DNA from: Eledone cirrhosa | Taxonomy: Eukaryota | DNA length: 64,000 nucleotides | Assembly: GCA_964016885.1 (NCBI GenBank) | Contig: OZ024740.1 | Location: 90,272,001-90,336,000 of the forward strand | Direction: 5' to 3' | In this document: piece by piece, positions 1-13,280 of the stretch | Layout of the letters: each line of letters opens with the position of its first letter | Numbering within the stretch: position 1 is the first letter of the stretch | The notes under the pieces: model-generated | The model's database searches: none | The model's input: the letters and a program-made list of their open reading frames with translations, nothing else | Told to the model about the DNA's origin: nothing | Made by a program: the position numbers and the translations under genes

Positions 1-1903
1 TCCGCTCGACTTTTCAGGGATAGCTTCCTCTCGGCCCATTTCTGGGTGAGAGAAGCCCCCCTGCTCGTCACCTCGTCCCGGTGTTTGTCCGTCTGGAGAT
101 CCGGACCGAACCAGACCCCGAGCAATTTAACTGGTCCGTACGTCCAGTGCCCGACGATGCTGTTGGACGGCATGGACCTGCCTCTCCAGTTGCTGAGCTG
201 CAGGCCCACTGACTTTTCCTGGTTGATCATTGCTCCTGTCACCGCTTCGTATTCTCTTATTGTAGTGCCGATCGCCTCGATGTGTTTGGCGTTCCACACC
301 CCTACGATGACATCGTCCGCATATGCTGACACGGATCTTGCGCATTCTAGTTCGCGCGGGACCCCCCTCAACGTCTCCAGTGTGTGCAGTAATGGCGCGA
401 GAGTTAATATGTACAAGAGGGACGAGAAGGGACATCCTTGGCGGACCGAGCGCATGATGTTGAACGGTTCCGAAAGGTCACCGTTCACTTTCAACACAGA
501 GCAGATGTCGCTGTGCATGGCAGCGATCCAGCCTCTGAAGACGGGCCCAAAACCAGCCGCCCTCAGGACAGCCTCTAGGTAACGATCGTCGACCCTATCG
601 AAAGCTTTCGATTGATCTAAATTGATCAAAGACCCACCCGTGCCAGGTTCCATAGCTACCCTCCCTACGATGTATCGCATGAGGTGGAGGTTGTCGTGCA
701 TGGATCTGTCGGGAATGGCGCATGTCTGCGCCTCTCCCACCAGACCATCAACGACAAGCGCCAACCTCTTTGCTAGCACCTTGGCCAAAATCTTGAACTC
801 TATGTTTAGCAGAGTTATGGGCCTAAAATTATCTATGTTATCCCCCTTGTTCGGATCCTTTCTCAGCAGCGCCACAGCTCCTCGTCTCAGAGAGCACGGA
901 ATTATCCCGTTCTGTTGCCAGTTGCAGTAGACGTCCACCAATCGGCATTCGAACAAGTCTGGCATCTGTACGTAAAGTTCATAGGGCAGCCCATCCAAAC
1001 CAGACGATTTACCCCTTGTGCAGCTAGTCATTGACTCCCGTACTTCAGCGGCTGTTATCGACTTTTCGCAACACTCCACCTCAGTGGCCGAGAGCCGCTG
1101 CAGTCCGTCGAGGTACACACTAAAGTCCATCCCTCGATCCGGCCCGCCGCTGCTTCCGAACAACTGAGCGAAGTGTCGCTGAAAAGCTTCACACATTTGC
1201 CCGGGATCGAGTCGCATGCGCCCGTCGTGGTCCACCAAAGACCGGATCGTGGCTTTGTTGCCACGACGCGTCTACGCCAATCGGGCCCATTGAACCGCTT
1301 TCGTCCCCTCGTGTCTGAGAGCACGCACCCTAGCTCTGACAACGCAGCCTCCGTGCTTTGCATTGAAAAATTGGTCAAGGGCCAATTTCGCCGCAAGTAC
1401 GTCGGTTGCGATGCCTTTGCTAAGCGCCTCGTCTAATGTTCTACTAATTCTCCCTCTGCTCTATTTTTCTCTATTGCTAAAGCCTTACTAAACCTAATGG
1501 ACTCTATTCTAATTGCTCTTTTCAGAGCAAACCACCACTTGTTGTTGACGGTGGCACACGTCAACGCCCGCCTAACTAGTTCGCTAATCCGGTCTCTGTA
1601 GGCCTTGCGCGCTGGTAAGGATGCGTTTAGCCTCCAGTAGCCGGGTCCTCGTCTATGAAGCCTATCTAAGTCAAGCCCACAGATCACGAATTTGTGGTGC
1701 GTATAGCTGACTATCCTGAATTGTGGACAGCCTATGCTAGACCTATCTATTTCTCTACAAACTACTCTATCTAGATATGATCTGGATGACCCTATGCGAT
1801 TTGTCCAAGTCCACATTGGCACATTCGGCAAATCAAATCGGTACCTGTCAGACATTTCAAAACGCCTGAGCTGGTTGGTGAGGCTCTTGCACCCTCCTCC
1901 CCT
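1..1903 (-). mobile_element. Tx1/L1-clade LINE ORF2 fragment (APE C-terminus + RT), 5'-truncated, disrupted, runs off window start
   Basis: Minus-strand translation gives [21 protein letters not shown] (APE end), then NFRPITLLNIEFKILAKVLAKRL, LDQSKAFDRVD, SVRQGCP and SAYADDV (RT). Same family as 18700-24402. Confidence 0.92.
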
Positions 1904-1912
1904 ATGTATATA

Positions 1913-1983
<71 letters not shown>

Positions 1984-2136
1984 GTGTTTGTGTATATGTA
2001 TATGTATGTATATATGTATATATATATATATGTGTGTGTGTGTATATATATACATATGTGTATGTATGTATATACGTATATATATGTATATGTGTGTATG
2101 TATATATATATATATAGATATATAGATAGATATATC

Positions 2137-2175
<39 letters not shown>

Positions 2176-2259
2176 ATATATATATATATGTATGTATGTA
2201 TGTATGTGTGTGTGTATGTATGTGTGTGTATGTATATATATATATATATTTGTGTAAGA

Positions 2260-2310
<51 letters not shown>

Positions 2311-2327
2311 AAAAGAATAGAGGTGTA
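1904..2327. repeat. Compound (TA)n/(TG)n microsatellite
   Basis: Directly visible dinucleotide runs. Confidence 0.97.
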
Positions 2328-2344
2328 ACACACAAGTTATTATA

Positions 2345-2545
2345 TATTGGTAAACGGAATAGAAAATGCTGACAAATTGTTCACAGTTGAAAAATGGTTT
2401 AATTAGGAATAAAAGAGTATTAGTGATTATATGGGTTAGTATTCAGTTGTGGTTTTAAGTTTTTAAGTTTTTACCGGTTGCGCATTTCTAAATGCTTTTC
2501 AAAAATAATTTTGAGATAGAGTGTCCGTGTTGTTTGCTCTGATCA
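2345..2545 (-). repeat. Dispersed repeat, diverged reverse-complement copy of 60665-60848 (probable PLE 3' terminus)
   Basis: gaaaatgctgacaaattgttc...ttttgagatagag...tttgctct is the reverse complement of agagcaaac...ctctatctcaaaa...gaacaatttgtcagcattttc near 60670-60830. Confidence 0.75.
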
Positions 2546-2750
2546 GAGCAAACAACACGGACACACACACATATATATATATGTGTGTGCGTCTATGTGT
2601 GTGTATGTATGCATGTATGTATATGTATGTACATGTATGTGTATAAATGTGTACATGTGTGTGTGTATATATATATTTTATATATATATATATATATGTG
2701 TGTGTCTGTGTGTGTGTGTGTGCGTGTGTGCGTGTGTGTGTGTCTGTGTG

Positions 2751-4590
2751 CGTGAAGAGCCGGATTTTCAGGTCTTTAAGAAGGTCCGACTTCCACACCG
2801 ATCTCAAGCTGTATTACGCCGCCCAGGCTTTGCTCTTCTTCTCAACCACATCATCTTCCCTATTCCCAATCTTTGCTCCCAAATATAGGAAGTTCTCAAA
2901 CAATTCTCGCGGCTTCTCGCCTACATTAGTGATCCCCTCTGGCTTCTCAACATGCTCTACCAGATATTTTGTTTTAGTCTCATTCATTCTCATCCCCACA
3001 CTAATCGACATATTCTCAACCTCCCGCCTCCTTCACTGTATTTGTCACCAAACTATGTCGTTGACAAATTCAGCATCTGATACCTTTTTCGCCTTAACTC
3101 TCCTGCTCTGAGCCGGTGCTACAGTAAAGACAGAGTCCTGGTGTTTCTCCAGTGCAAGGCGCATACAATAGTCCACGACGATGATAAAAAGGTAGGGAGC
3201 CATCTCTCTCACTGGATCACTCCAGTCAGTATCTCCAAGAACGCTGTCATCCCATCAGAATAATGACTTGGGCTTTGGTGTTGGTCTAGAGCAGTGATAT
3301 CAGGTCCACTATCTTCTTGGGGATTCCATAAGCCTGTAAGATCTTTATGAGGCAGCGACGGTCCACAGAATCAAAGGCCTTCCAAAAATCAATGAAAACC
3401 ATAACCAAAGAAGGCACTTTGCTCTAGCTCCCTCTAATATCCTCCTCAGCATCAGGATGTGACAGGCGGTTGATCTTCCCTCTCTGAAGCCGTTCTGGTT
3501 GTCCCTGAGCTTCTTCTCCATCTCAGGCTGGATCCTGTCATGAATCATCCTGTTGAGGGCATTTGCCACAAGTGACGTCAGTGAGATCCCCCTGTAATTG
3601 TTGGTGTTAGAGAGATCTCATTTCTTTGGCCCTGGGACGATGCTACTGATCCTCCACTGATTCGGGGAAACTCCTCTCTCCAGTGCCTGGTTACAGAACC
3701 CCAGGATGATATCAAAATCACACCTCTTCATCACCTCTGATGCCACTCCATCTCTCCATGAGCCTTGCCCTCCTTGATCCTCTTCTTGGCTCTCTGAAGC
3801 TCCTCATTGGTGAAGGGCTCTGTCTCAATATCCAGTTCCTCAAACAGCCGCCAGATCTCCTTAGTGCTCTGGGCTGTAGAGAGTGGTTCTCCTAGTAGGG
3901 TCCGAAAATGGTCTAGCCATTTCCTCTTCCTATCCTCGGGCCCCGTTCTCTGGATCTGACTCGAACACCTTCTCTTCCTCCCTGTGATCTCGTTGATGAT
4001 CATCCAGCTCTCCTTACATCCAGATCTGTCAACCGCTCTCTCCACACTTCTGATCTATCAGTGCCTCCTCTCTGGCTTCAGTATAAGTGGTACAGAGCTC
4101 TTCCCTCATCACCTCCACAATCTCCATTCTCTCCTCTGTAGGATCTGCATGGAATTGGTCCTTGGCAGATTTCAGGTGTTCTCTGGAGGCACACACTTTT
4201 GGGTTTGCAGAGCGACATGCTTCCTTTTTTTCTTTTTCCTCGGCACCGGGGTTTCACTTGCGTCCGCCACTGCTTTGGTGAAGTGCCCGTACCCCCTCCT
4301 CACACTCTCCTCATTCCATCCAATCTCTCTCTCCTCTGTCTCTCCACACAGAGCACTGAACCTGTTCCTCAATTCCACCTTGAACCTCTCCTGTAGCTTA
4401 TCATCTTCCTTGAAAGCTCCCCAGTCATAGATTGCTATCCGGGGCTGAGCCTTGCTCTTTCTTAAGCTCACACGGACCTCACTCGTAACAAGCCGGTGGT
4501 CATTACCCAGTGTACTGAAATAGTTGTATGGTTCTGTGTTCAGAACGATATTCCGCCACATTTTCCTCACCGGAATGAAATCAATCTGGG
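2751..4590 (-). mobile_element. RTE-like LINE, inverted 5' segment (APE end + RT), decayed
   Basis: Minus strand encodes QIDFI..LGNDHRLV (APE), NYRGISLTSL, NQNGFREGRST, APYLFIIVVDY and FLYLGAKI, ending at ..LKIRLFT. Frameshifts and stops are present. Confidence 0.88.
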
Positions 4591-5037
4591 ACTGAAAATC
4601 CTCCTCTTCATGGCTGTAGTGGAGTCTGTGCTGTAGTACGTGTCTGAGACTTGGACACTGACCAAGAAACTCACTCAGATGGTGAATGGGTGCTACAAGA
4701 GAATGCTGAGGATGGCTCTGAACATTAATCAGTATACACTAAGGATGAAAGCGCAGAGTTGTATGGGAGCCTCCCAAAAGTCATCTCAAAAGTAACACAG
4801 AGGAGACTGAGCTTAGCTGGTCATGCTTACCGACATCCAGAGTTGACATTGCACTCAATGCTCCTGTGGGAGCCTCTACATGGACACACTGGAAGCGGAA
4901 GACCAAGGTTAACGTATGTTGATGCCCTAAGGACAGACACTGGTCTGTTGGAGACGCAGGACATGGCAGCGATAATGTGGGACAGAGACCGCTGGAGAGA
5001 ACTCGTCCAAGGATCTCGAGAATTGTACCCGCCCTAG
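4591..5037 (+). mobile_element. RTE-like LINE, 3' segment (C-terminus) of the same element
   Basis: LKILLFMAVVESVL*YVSETWTLT...RRLSLAGHAYRH..LLWEP..GRPRLTYVDAL..DRDRWR, then a stop and (TA)n. It resumes where the minus segment stops. Confidence 0.88.
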
Positions 5038-5060
5038 ATATATATATGTATATATATATA

Positions 5061-5930
5061 TATCACCATGACTTCTGCAGGCTAGCCAACTGCCCCATCA
5101 ACGACATAGACCTATGCCACCAGGCTTACATCATATACAGACTAGAGTGCGACAAATCCAGCAACTTCTACGTAGGTAGCACCACCAGACCACTCCACAT
5201 AAGAATAAAATAACACCTCAATACTAACCTCATTTAAGAAACACCTAGTTAAATGCAAACACACCGACAAAACCATAACAGTTAGGATAGAAAATAAGGA
5301 AAAGTAACCGCGGCAATCTTAGAATTAAGGAAGCACTAATTATAGACAAAACACAACCACCAATCAATAATAGACTAGAACTCAACACCCAATTTATAAC
5401 TTGATATAGCATATATCCCCATATTTACATCCCGCTCCCACACACATGCACACACACACGCACACGCTTACACCTCCAATTATTATCTCTCATACACATA
5501 CACACACAAAGACCAGTTCTAACACGAGATAACATCTATCCCCCACATTTACGTATATACATTTCTTCTCACACTCCCAGACACACACATACTTACACCT
5601 TCACGCATTCTCCCACACAATTAAACAGGCATGTACGAAAACAAACCTTTTAAAGGGAGACTACTCTCTATCCACCTAACCTTAACTCTTTGATATTAGA
5701 GATAGAACAGATACTCTATACCATTTCCTGTCAGCATGACTTGGCAAGCTATTTAGAACACTGGTTTAACCGCTTTACTTCCCTCCGAAGAAGAGATATT
5801 ATCTCGAAAATTAAAGACATTTAAATAAATCTAAGCTAAAAGACTAATTGTCAACAATATCTGTTGCATTTGCATTGTTTATTCTATGTCCATACCTGCA
5901 TTGTTTTGGCTTTATTATACATATACAAAC

Positions 5931-5931
<1 letters not shown>
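5061..5931 (+). mobile_element. Penelope-like element 3' fragment: GIY-YIG endonuclease remnant + 3' UTR
   Basis: CRLANCPINDIDLCHQAYIIYRLECDKSSNFYVGSTTRPLHIRIK*HL. Decayed hammerhead-like core ccgaaga-a-gagat-att-atctc-gaaa at 5785-5809. Confidence 0.8.
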
Positions 5932-5994
<63 letters not shown>

Positions 5995-5999
<5 letters not shown>

Positions 6000-6765
6000 C
6001 AGCGAGACCGTAATTCGTTGGTGACCAAAAGATAACGAAACGCAATCTTTGATATATGCCGGCAAGCGCTCAATGGATTAGGAATAAAGAAACAAGAGCA
6101 ATTAACATGCGTTATAAAGGCCAGACAAATTGAAAATGGTGGATGTGAAGTCACAAGCCACGACAACCGAAAAAACGAACAAGCTAAACAGGTTAACAAA
6201 TGATTACGTGGACCATCTCGGAAAGTGGTGTTAAAATCCAAGGGATCTTTCTGTGACTCTTAATCAAGTATACTGTCTGCTTTTGATGTAAGCTTTTGAT
6301 ATAAAGTTCCAACAAGGTAGCCACATTGTCAACAGGTGTTCTGTTCTCACCCGTCTACCGGGTTCGAATGAAATTACAATCTCACGTGGTTACTCTGCAA
6401 GGGAGGTAACCCCGGTTTTTGGCGGGTGTATTCAAAATGTGTAAACGAATTGCAAAAAAATTGCAAAGGACTTCACAAATCGAAGTAAGGTCTCGATCGG
6501 GTTGTTTTTAAATAAACTTAAGCAATTTGTGAGTCAATGGAATTGTCTAATTGAATTAACTAATTAATTGCTAAGCCCAGGAGATTAATACAAACATAAT
6601 ATCAGCGAGATCGTATTTCGGCGGTTGCCAAAACAAAACGAAACGCAATCTTCGATATATGCCGGCAAGCGCTCAATGGACTAGGAAGAAACCAGAGCAA
6701 TTAACATGCGTTATAAAGGCCAGGCAAATTGAAAATGGTGGTTGTGAAGTCACAAGACACGACAT
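5995..6765 (-). repeat. Non-coding element with ~170-bp direct repeats (5995-6165, 6596-6763); related copies at 24575-24720 and, inverted, 35539-35600
   Basis: Shared cagcgaga..cgta.ttcg..aacgaaacgcaatctt.gatatatgccggcaagcgctcaatgga. Three of the four copies abut (TA)n at the same end. The strand assignment is inferred from that end. Confidence 0.7.
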
Positions 6766-6950
6766 ATATATACCGAGCCTTCTTATATATATATCTCGAG
6801 CCCTCTTTGGATTTTAGTCTTCACGTTTATTATTATTACTATTATATATATATATATATATATAGTAATAATAATAAATTTGAAGACTAAAATCCAAAGA
6901 GGGCTCGATAAGGATAAATATATATCAAATATATAAGAACCGTAGAGCAA

Positions 6951-9900
6951 ATATTTATTAAAATAACAGATATATGTTTAAGCAAAGAATCGCTGCTTTC
7001 ACTATTAACGGGTTCTTATGAAACTAACAAAGTCAATCTGAAAACGCAGAACTGGATATTTCAAAAAACATTGCAACCGGAGGAAGACAGGAAGACGATA
7101 CTTTGGTTCGTGGAAACGTTCGCTGGCAAAGAACGGGAAAAAACGAATATAATCCGTCATTAATAGGTGCGTTGAAAAACAATTACGCGCAAAGACAGAA
7201 CCACGTTTATGGTATAAAAGAGGTCGTAAACTAATGTTCTCTTAGGTGGTGCATAGAGACGTTCTCTGGCAATGAACGAAAAAACGAAGATAATACGTCA
7301 TATGTTCGGTTGAGCACTTTACTGACTTATATTCATCATGCAGAAATAACTTCTGAATATTTCTACAAAGAACATACACGTTCCAAGCAGGAAAACATAC
7401 CTAAAACTCCTGATACAGAAAACAGACGCGTTCATTAAAAGGTTGGTGTGCCTTTTATTTCGATAATCCGCGAATAGCAGACAACAAACAGGATAGATTT
7501 GAATTTAAAACCTATAATAACCCCTCGTGTAACCCAGCATTGCTACCCTTCGAAAATGATGTCTTGGAACTCATTCGGAGTATCAAATTTCGGAATAGGA
7601 GCAATTCCTTCAAGCAAGACCTGAAGAATAGAATTCGTTCTATTAAGGATTCTAATGCCGTGCAAAACTGGCAACCTATATCAAGTGGAGCGCAGTACTT
7701 ACCATCAACTACTACATAATGCTGTAACTAAGGATTACCGTAAAACTAATCGGTGCGTCATCAATGAAATCAACGATGCTGGGTTTAAAATCACATCTGA
7801 TCTCAACATCCTGGACCGGACCGAACCTCTGGAGCCTATTTCTCCCCCACTTTACCCTGAAGGATCACAAATCCAATTTTCCGAACAACCCCTCTATTCG
7901 GCTTATTAACCCTACGGAGTCCGATTTAGGTAGACTTAGTAAAATGATTCTTGATAGAATTATACCTGAAATTAGAAGTTTCGCCCCTCTTGCACTGTGG
8001 AACAATTCTTTCGCGGTGATTGATTGGTTCAACGGCATATGTAATAGGGAACATTGCCGTTTTATCCAATTCGACATCAACAATTACTACTCCTCCATCA
8101 CTTTACCACTTCTCCTTAGAGCTATCAATTTCGCTAAAACACTCACAGTGGTTAAGGATTTCGAAGTTGATGTCATCCTCAATGCCCGAAAGTCGGTGAT
8201 TAATTTCGACGACTCTATTTGGATAAAAAAATCAAATAGTACCCCATTCGACGTGAGTATGGGCGCCAGTGATTCTGCGGAGGTTACTGATCTTATTGGC
8301 CTTTTCCTTCTTTTCTCAATCAAGGACGAATTCCCCAACGTGGTCGGTGGTTTGTACCGTGACGATCGTCTTTTGACCATGACTAAGTGCGGACCTCGTG
8401 CTTGCGACAGGTTCAGAAAAGAACTCACAGCCTTCTTTAAAGGCTTCAACCTCTCTATACAGGTTGAGGCCAATCTCTCGGTCATTAATTACCTCGACGT
8501 TACCCTCAATTAATTTAATGGGTTGTATTACCCGTATAGAAAGCCGAATGATACGCTTAATTACATAAGTAAGAATTCCAACCATCCTACCAGCATAACC
8601 AAGAACCTGGTAAGAAACGTTTCGTTGAGGCTTTCCCGTCTTTCCACCAACAAGCGTATTTTCAACGACCATTCCACTTATTACAATGAAGCTCTTGCTC
8701 GAAGTGGAGTTGTCGATAAAGTAGCATATACAGAGTACGAAAATAGACCTAGAAGTAATAGACCCCGTCGCATTTGTTGGTATAACCCACCATATAATAT
8801 GGACGTGGCCACACCTTTAGCTAAGATCTTTCTTTCCCTTATTACGAAGCATTTTCCCCCTACACATAAATATAGTAAAATTGTTAATAGAAATACTATG
8901 AAAATTTCTTACTCTACGACTCCTAACCTTGCACATAACATCACATCTTAAAATTTAGCTAAACTACCTAGCCGTAGGAACACGTGCAACCCTGTAGTTA
9001 GTACTTAGTGTAATTGTAGGAATCGGGCTGATTGCCCCCTATCCGGGAAATACCTCTCTAGTAACATTGTCTACAAATGTGAGGTTGTAACACCCACGTC
9101 CCGTAGGGCCTACATAGGGTTAACCGCCAATAGTTTCAAGCAGCGTCTTTAGATGCATACCCATTCTGTTCGTTACCCTCTAAGAAAGAATATGACGTCA
9201 CTTTCAGCTTATATCTGGAGTTTAAAAGACAACCACACCCAATATAAGTTACACTGGGAGATCCTAGCGAGGGCTAGATCGTAAAACGGAAATAAAAGAG
9301 CATGTGACCTCTGGAAATACTCTACGCCACAGATCACATATTAAACAAAAAATCTGAGGCAATTTCGGCTTGTAAACATAAATTGCACAAATCTTTCCTG
9401 TATTACAGCCCCACGTTATACCCTAACGGATAGTACGATCCTTACGTGGATTGTTTACGTCTTGATGTGGGAGCTAAGTATATGTTTTGTTTATAACTTT
9501 ACTTATTTGCATAGGTAAGTATATTTTATCCGTATGTTTTGTGAAGGTACGTATACCTTCTCGTACGTATATTTGATTGTTATGGCGTATAATTGTATTT
9601 TATATATTCTGGTACATATGGTTTGGCTATGTGTATACGGGAGTTTTGCATCTGTGTGAGTATGCAGGTTCGTACATATGGTGGGTGTGTGTATATGTGT
9701 GTTCATGTGTTGGTTGACTTACGTCTCCGAACATTCGTGTGTTTATATGTAGGTATGTGTGTGCGCTTGTTATATACGTATTTATTTATTTATATACGTT
9801 TATATAATTATTTATTTATTTGTATACACGCATACACACACTCACATATTTATATGTGCGGGGTTTTGTATACCTATGGTAAGTTTTTGCGTATGCTTGT

Positions 9901-10418
9901 GTATGTACGTATTTGTTTGCGTGTATGTCTTTATTTATTTCTATTACTTCTGTATTGTATTTATTTACTTTGTTCTTAACTCTGTAGCGGAGATTCATTT
10001 GGTCTCCTAGTTAGAATTTTAGTCTACGACTTCTGCTATACCTTTTACGTGGTTTTGTCTTTGCGTGCAATTGTTATCCACGCTCCACATATGACGTATT
10101 ATCTTCGTTTTTTCGTTCATTGCCAGAGAACATTAGTCTACGACCTCTTTTATGCCATAATCGTGGTTCTGTCTTTGCGCGTAATTGTTTTTCACCACTC
10201 CTATTAATGACGTACTATATTCGTGTTTTCTAGTTCTTTGCCAACGAACGTTTCCACGAACCAAAGTATCGTCTTCCTGTGTTCCTCCTGTTGCAACGTT
10301 TTTTGAAATATCCAGTTCTGCGTTTACAGTTTGACTTTGTTAGTTTCAGAAGATCCCGTTAAGGGTGAAAGCAGCGATTCTTTGCTTAAACTTATATCTG
10401 TTATTTTAATAAATATAT
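6951..10418 (+). mobile_element. Near full-length Penelope-like element (Naiad-like) with inverted upstream pLTR
   Basis: 6951-7304 is a diverged reverse complement of 10087-10418. The two arms enclose a broken RT + GIY-YIG ORF. A decayed HHR lies at 10343-10391. Confidence 0.88.
7338..9433 (+). pseudogene. PLE polyprotein pseudogene (RT + C-terminal GIY-YIG endonuclease)
   Basis: ATG 7338, then STKNIHVPSRKTYLKLLIQKTDAFIKR, TLKDHKSNF..IRLINP, FIQFDI..YSSI, FDVSMGASDSAEVTDLIGL, GGLYRDD, YLDVTLN, CNCRNRADCPL, AYIGLT..FKQR, LSAYIWSLK and CKH. Several stops and frameshifts. Confidence 0.9.
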
Positions 10419-13159
10419 ATATATTGTTATGCTTTGGGAGGGTCATGTTGCCAATAAGTAACACACGCACCAGCAGCTTTCACTTCAATTTATTATAAAT
10501 TAAATTTACAAATTTAGGAATTTATTAATGTCTGGTTCGTTGGTTCCACAACCAGACGATTGTTCATATATTGTAAAAGTTCTTTCGTCACACATTCTGT
10601 GAGCTCTTATATATATATATTTTTTAACTAATCCTATTTCATTCTTTCATAATTGCAGTAAGCTCAAAAGGTTTAGTGAATTCACACTTTCTCTGACTAG
10701 TAATTGTTTTTGTAATAATGTTAAATGCGCCCTTCAGTGCACCGAACTGATATATTTATGTTCAAATGAATGGTGACGAAATCCTTTTACAAATTATGCA
10801 TCTTACTTTCAAAAATACATTTTATCTGCACATAAGGAATAGTTAATATATTTAAATCTATTAACTTGTTACTTAAACTCTTTATTTTGGAAAATTTCCT
10901 ATTACAATTAGTTATTAGATTATACGTTGGATATGTATTTAATTATCTCATGCTTAGTAAAATGCTATACATTTTCCAAGCAATATACGAGTGCTAATGA
11001 TATCAGCTATTATGACTACATATGTGACGTACATCATATCTTACGGTTTAAATACAAAACTGATATTTCATATTTGACACATTAGTGCATTTGCAATGTG
11101 TTAAAGTTACCGATGCAATAAATGATTAAAATATCATTGCGGGATATCTTAATTTATATTAGCTATCGTAGGAAAACAATATTATGTTGTTTTTTTCAGC
11201 TTCATTCCAATCCGATTTAAAGTAAAGATAGATGCTATCATAATATGTTTAGTGAGAAATAAGCTTTAAGAATTTTATGCAATGTTATGAAGTGTTCAGC
11301 AAAACCCGTTCTTGTAACAAGACCTGTTCAGATTTTTTAATCAATTATTCATCGTGATTTAATGTAAGACACCTATCCATCGCGTAACTCAGAGTTTATT
11401 CCATGATTTCCTATTTCAACAAAGAATGAAACATATCGAGAGTTAAACAGATAATTATTGTGTATAGTCACAAACAAAAGCAAAATCTTTTTCATTCAAA
11501 TAATATGAAACAGATTGAGTGTTGGACGCATACCCGTCTTGTAAAATTAAATTTACATTTAATCTCAAATACTCTATCGCAATTATCCCTCACTCTCTGT
11601 ATATAAAATTGCGTATCCGTACTATGAAAGCTTGCTAAAATAGCATCACAAATTAGATCTACAGAAAGGGATACATGGGATTATTAAGGAGGATATTGTT
11701 TTCATTAACCCGTGATCAAACTGATTGAACGCTGTATTAATGCGGTTTGGCTAATATGGAGATTATTATATAATTTTCTCTATAGTCTTATCCCCTTTAG
11801 TTGCTTTGATTATTGTTTAAATTTTTCATTCTTTTATGAAAATATATACTTATTTTATTTGCATGGTGCTATGGCTTCCGAAATTGGGAATTGCTGCTAG
11901 CAATATATTTTTTTGTACATATATTTTTCTCTCTTGTCCTATCTCTGACTGACTGATAATTTAGATCCTACAATTTGTTTCCCTCGAATCGTGTTAGTTT
12001 GTGGATATTGCACATATCGGTGACTATATCATGAAATAAATAGTGATTTGTTTTGGACAAATGAATAAACAATAAAACATTTGTTATTGCATCACAGTTT
12101 TTATTGTGAAGCTCTATTTTACTAAATATGTGAGATGGAGTGAGTTCAATAGATTAAACATTTGTATGTTAAAATCATAGTATAAATAGTAGTATTCAAA
12201 TCCCCATGGTTTGCAAGGAGACATTTTATTTCTACTGCAAACATAATACAAACGCTTTAAAATAGTGAGTTCATTACATAATTATGAATGGATAAATTAA
12301 ATAGAAATTCAAAGTAAAGAAATCTCTATTTCAGATTTGTCTGCATTATGCTTGTTCAAAATTATCTATAGGAAAAACGATTTTCTATATTTCACTTGCC
12401 ATACAATTTCTTGTAAGTGAAGAGTAAATGTGGAGTATATATCTAGTTGTGTTTGTATTGTCGATTATTGTCACGGTTTAGGTTTTGTTCATGTTAAATT
12501 CATTCTAGTGTTTCCATCTGTAGGAATGAACCAGAGAAGCAATGCAGGGTTTAGTTTTATTCTAAAGATTGATGATAATACTAATAGTGTATGTTTGAAA
12601 TACCGTTTAGTGGGTTCTCCTTATAGTAAATGGACATTTTATTTGAAACAGAATATATATTTGGAATTTCTTATGGAGATGGTGAAATAATTGCCCTAGA
12701 GAACAACCAATGATAACGGATGTATCAGCTCCGTTAACACCTCAGGCGCCTTATTCTGGTGTGATACTCATTCAGTCTTTCAACCGATTCACCAAATATT
12801 ATTTTTAATGTGTCCTCATTAAAATGTTTTGCCCATCGTGCTCGGCAATGTTCGAAGAAACGATCTATGTACCTGCCTATTATTTACTCCGATCACATTG
12901 CCAACATTCTGTATAAATATATATGAAAGGGTTACAAAATTTTCCCTACACACCAAAGTCGGAAGATTCTATGAATTTTCTTAGTCATTTCATACAAGTT
13001 CCCGTAAAGATTTAATAATCTTATGCACGATTTATTGTAAAAACTGTTTTTGATTAGTATGAATTTAAGGAAATATTCGTAATTGATATTCCATTTACTC
13101 TATTAAAATTGGAATCATTAATAATTGTTTCTAATACATGTAACATTTCAATTTCTTTG

Positions 13160-13280
13160 GGGCAGATGAAATCGATTAGATAGACACATGTACTTTACAG
13201 ATACTTTATTTATCGACCCCGGAAGACCGCCTATTGAACCAGGACGAATAATACAAGGACATTTTATACTAATCCACTGC
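13160..13280 (-). mobile_element. Old SINE fragment
   Basis: tactttatttatcgacccc is the reverse complement of the SINE core ggggtcgataaa(a)taaagta. Confidence 0.55.

Noticed and set aside
46-930. Plus-strand ORFs of 178 and 102 aa
   Set aside because: Antisense shadows of the minus-strand LINE RT.
1734-2888. ORFs rich in YI/CV/HT repeats, here and throughout the window
   Set aside because: Translations of stop-free dinucleotide microsatellites.
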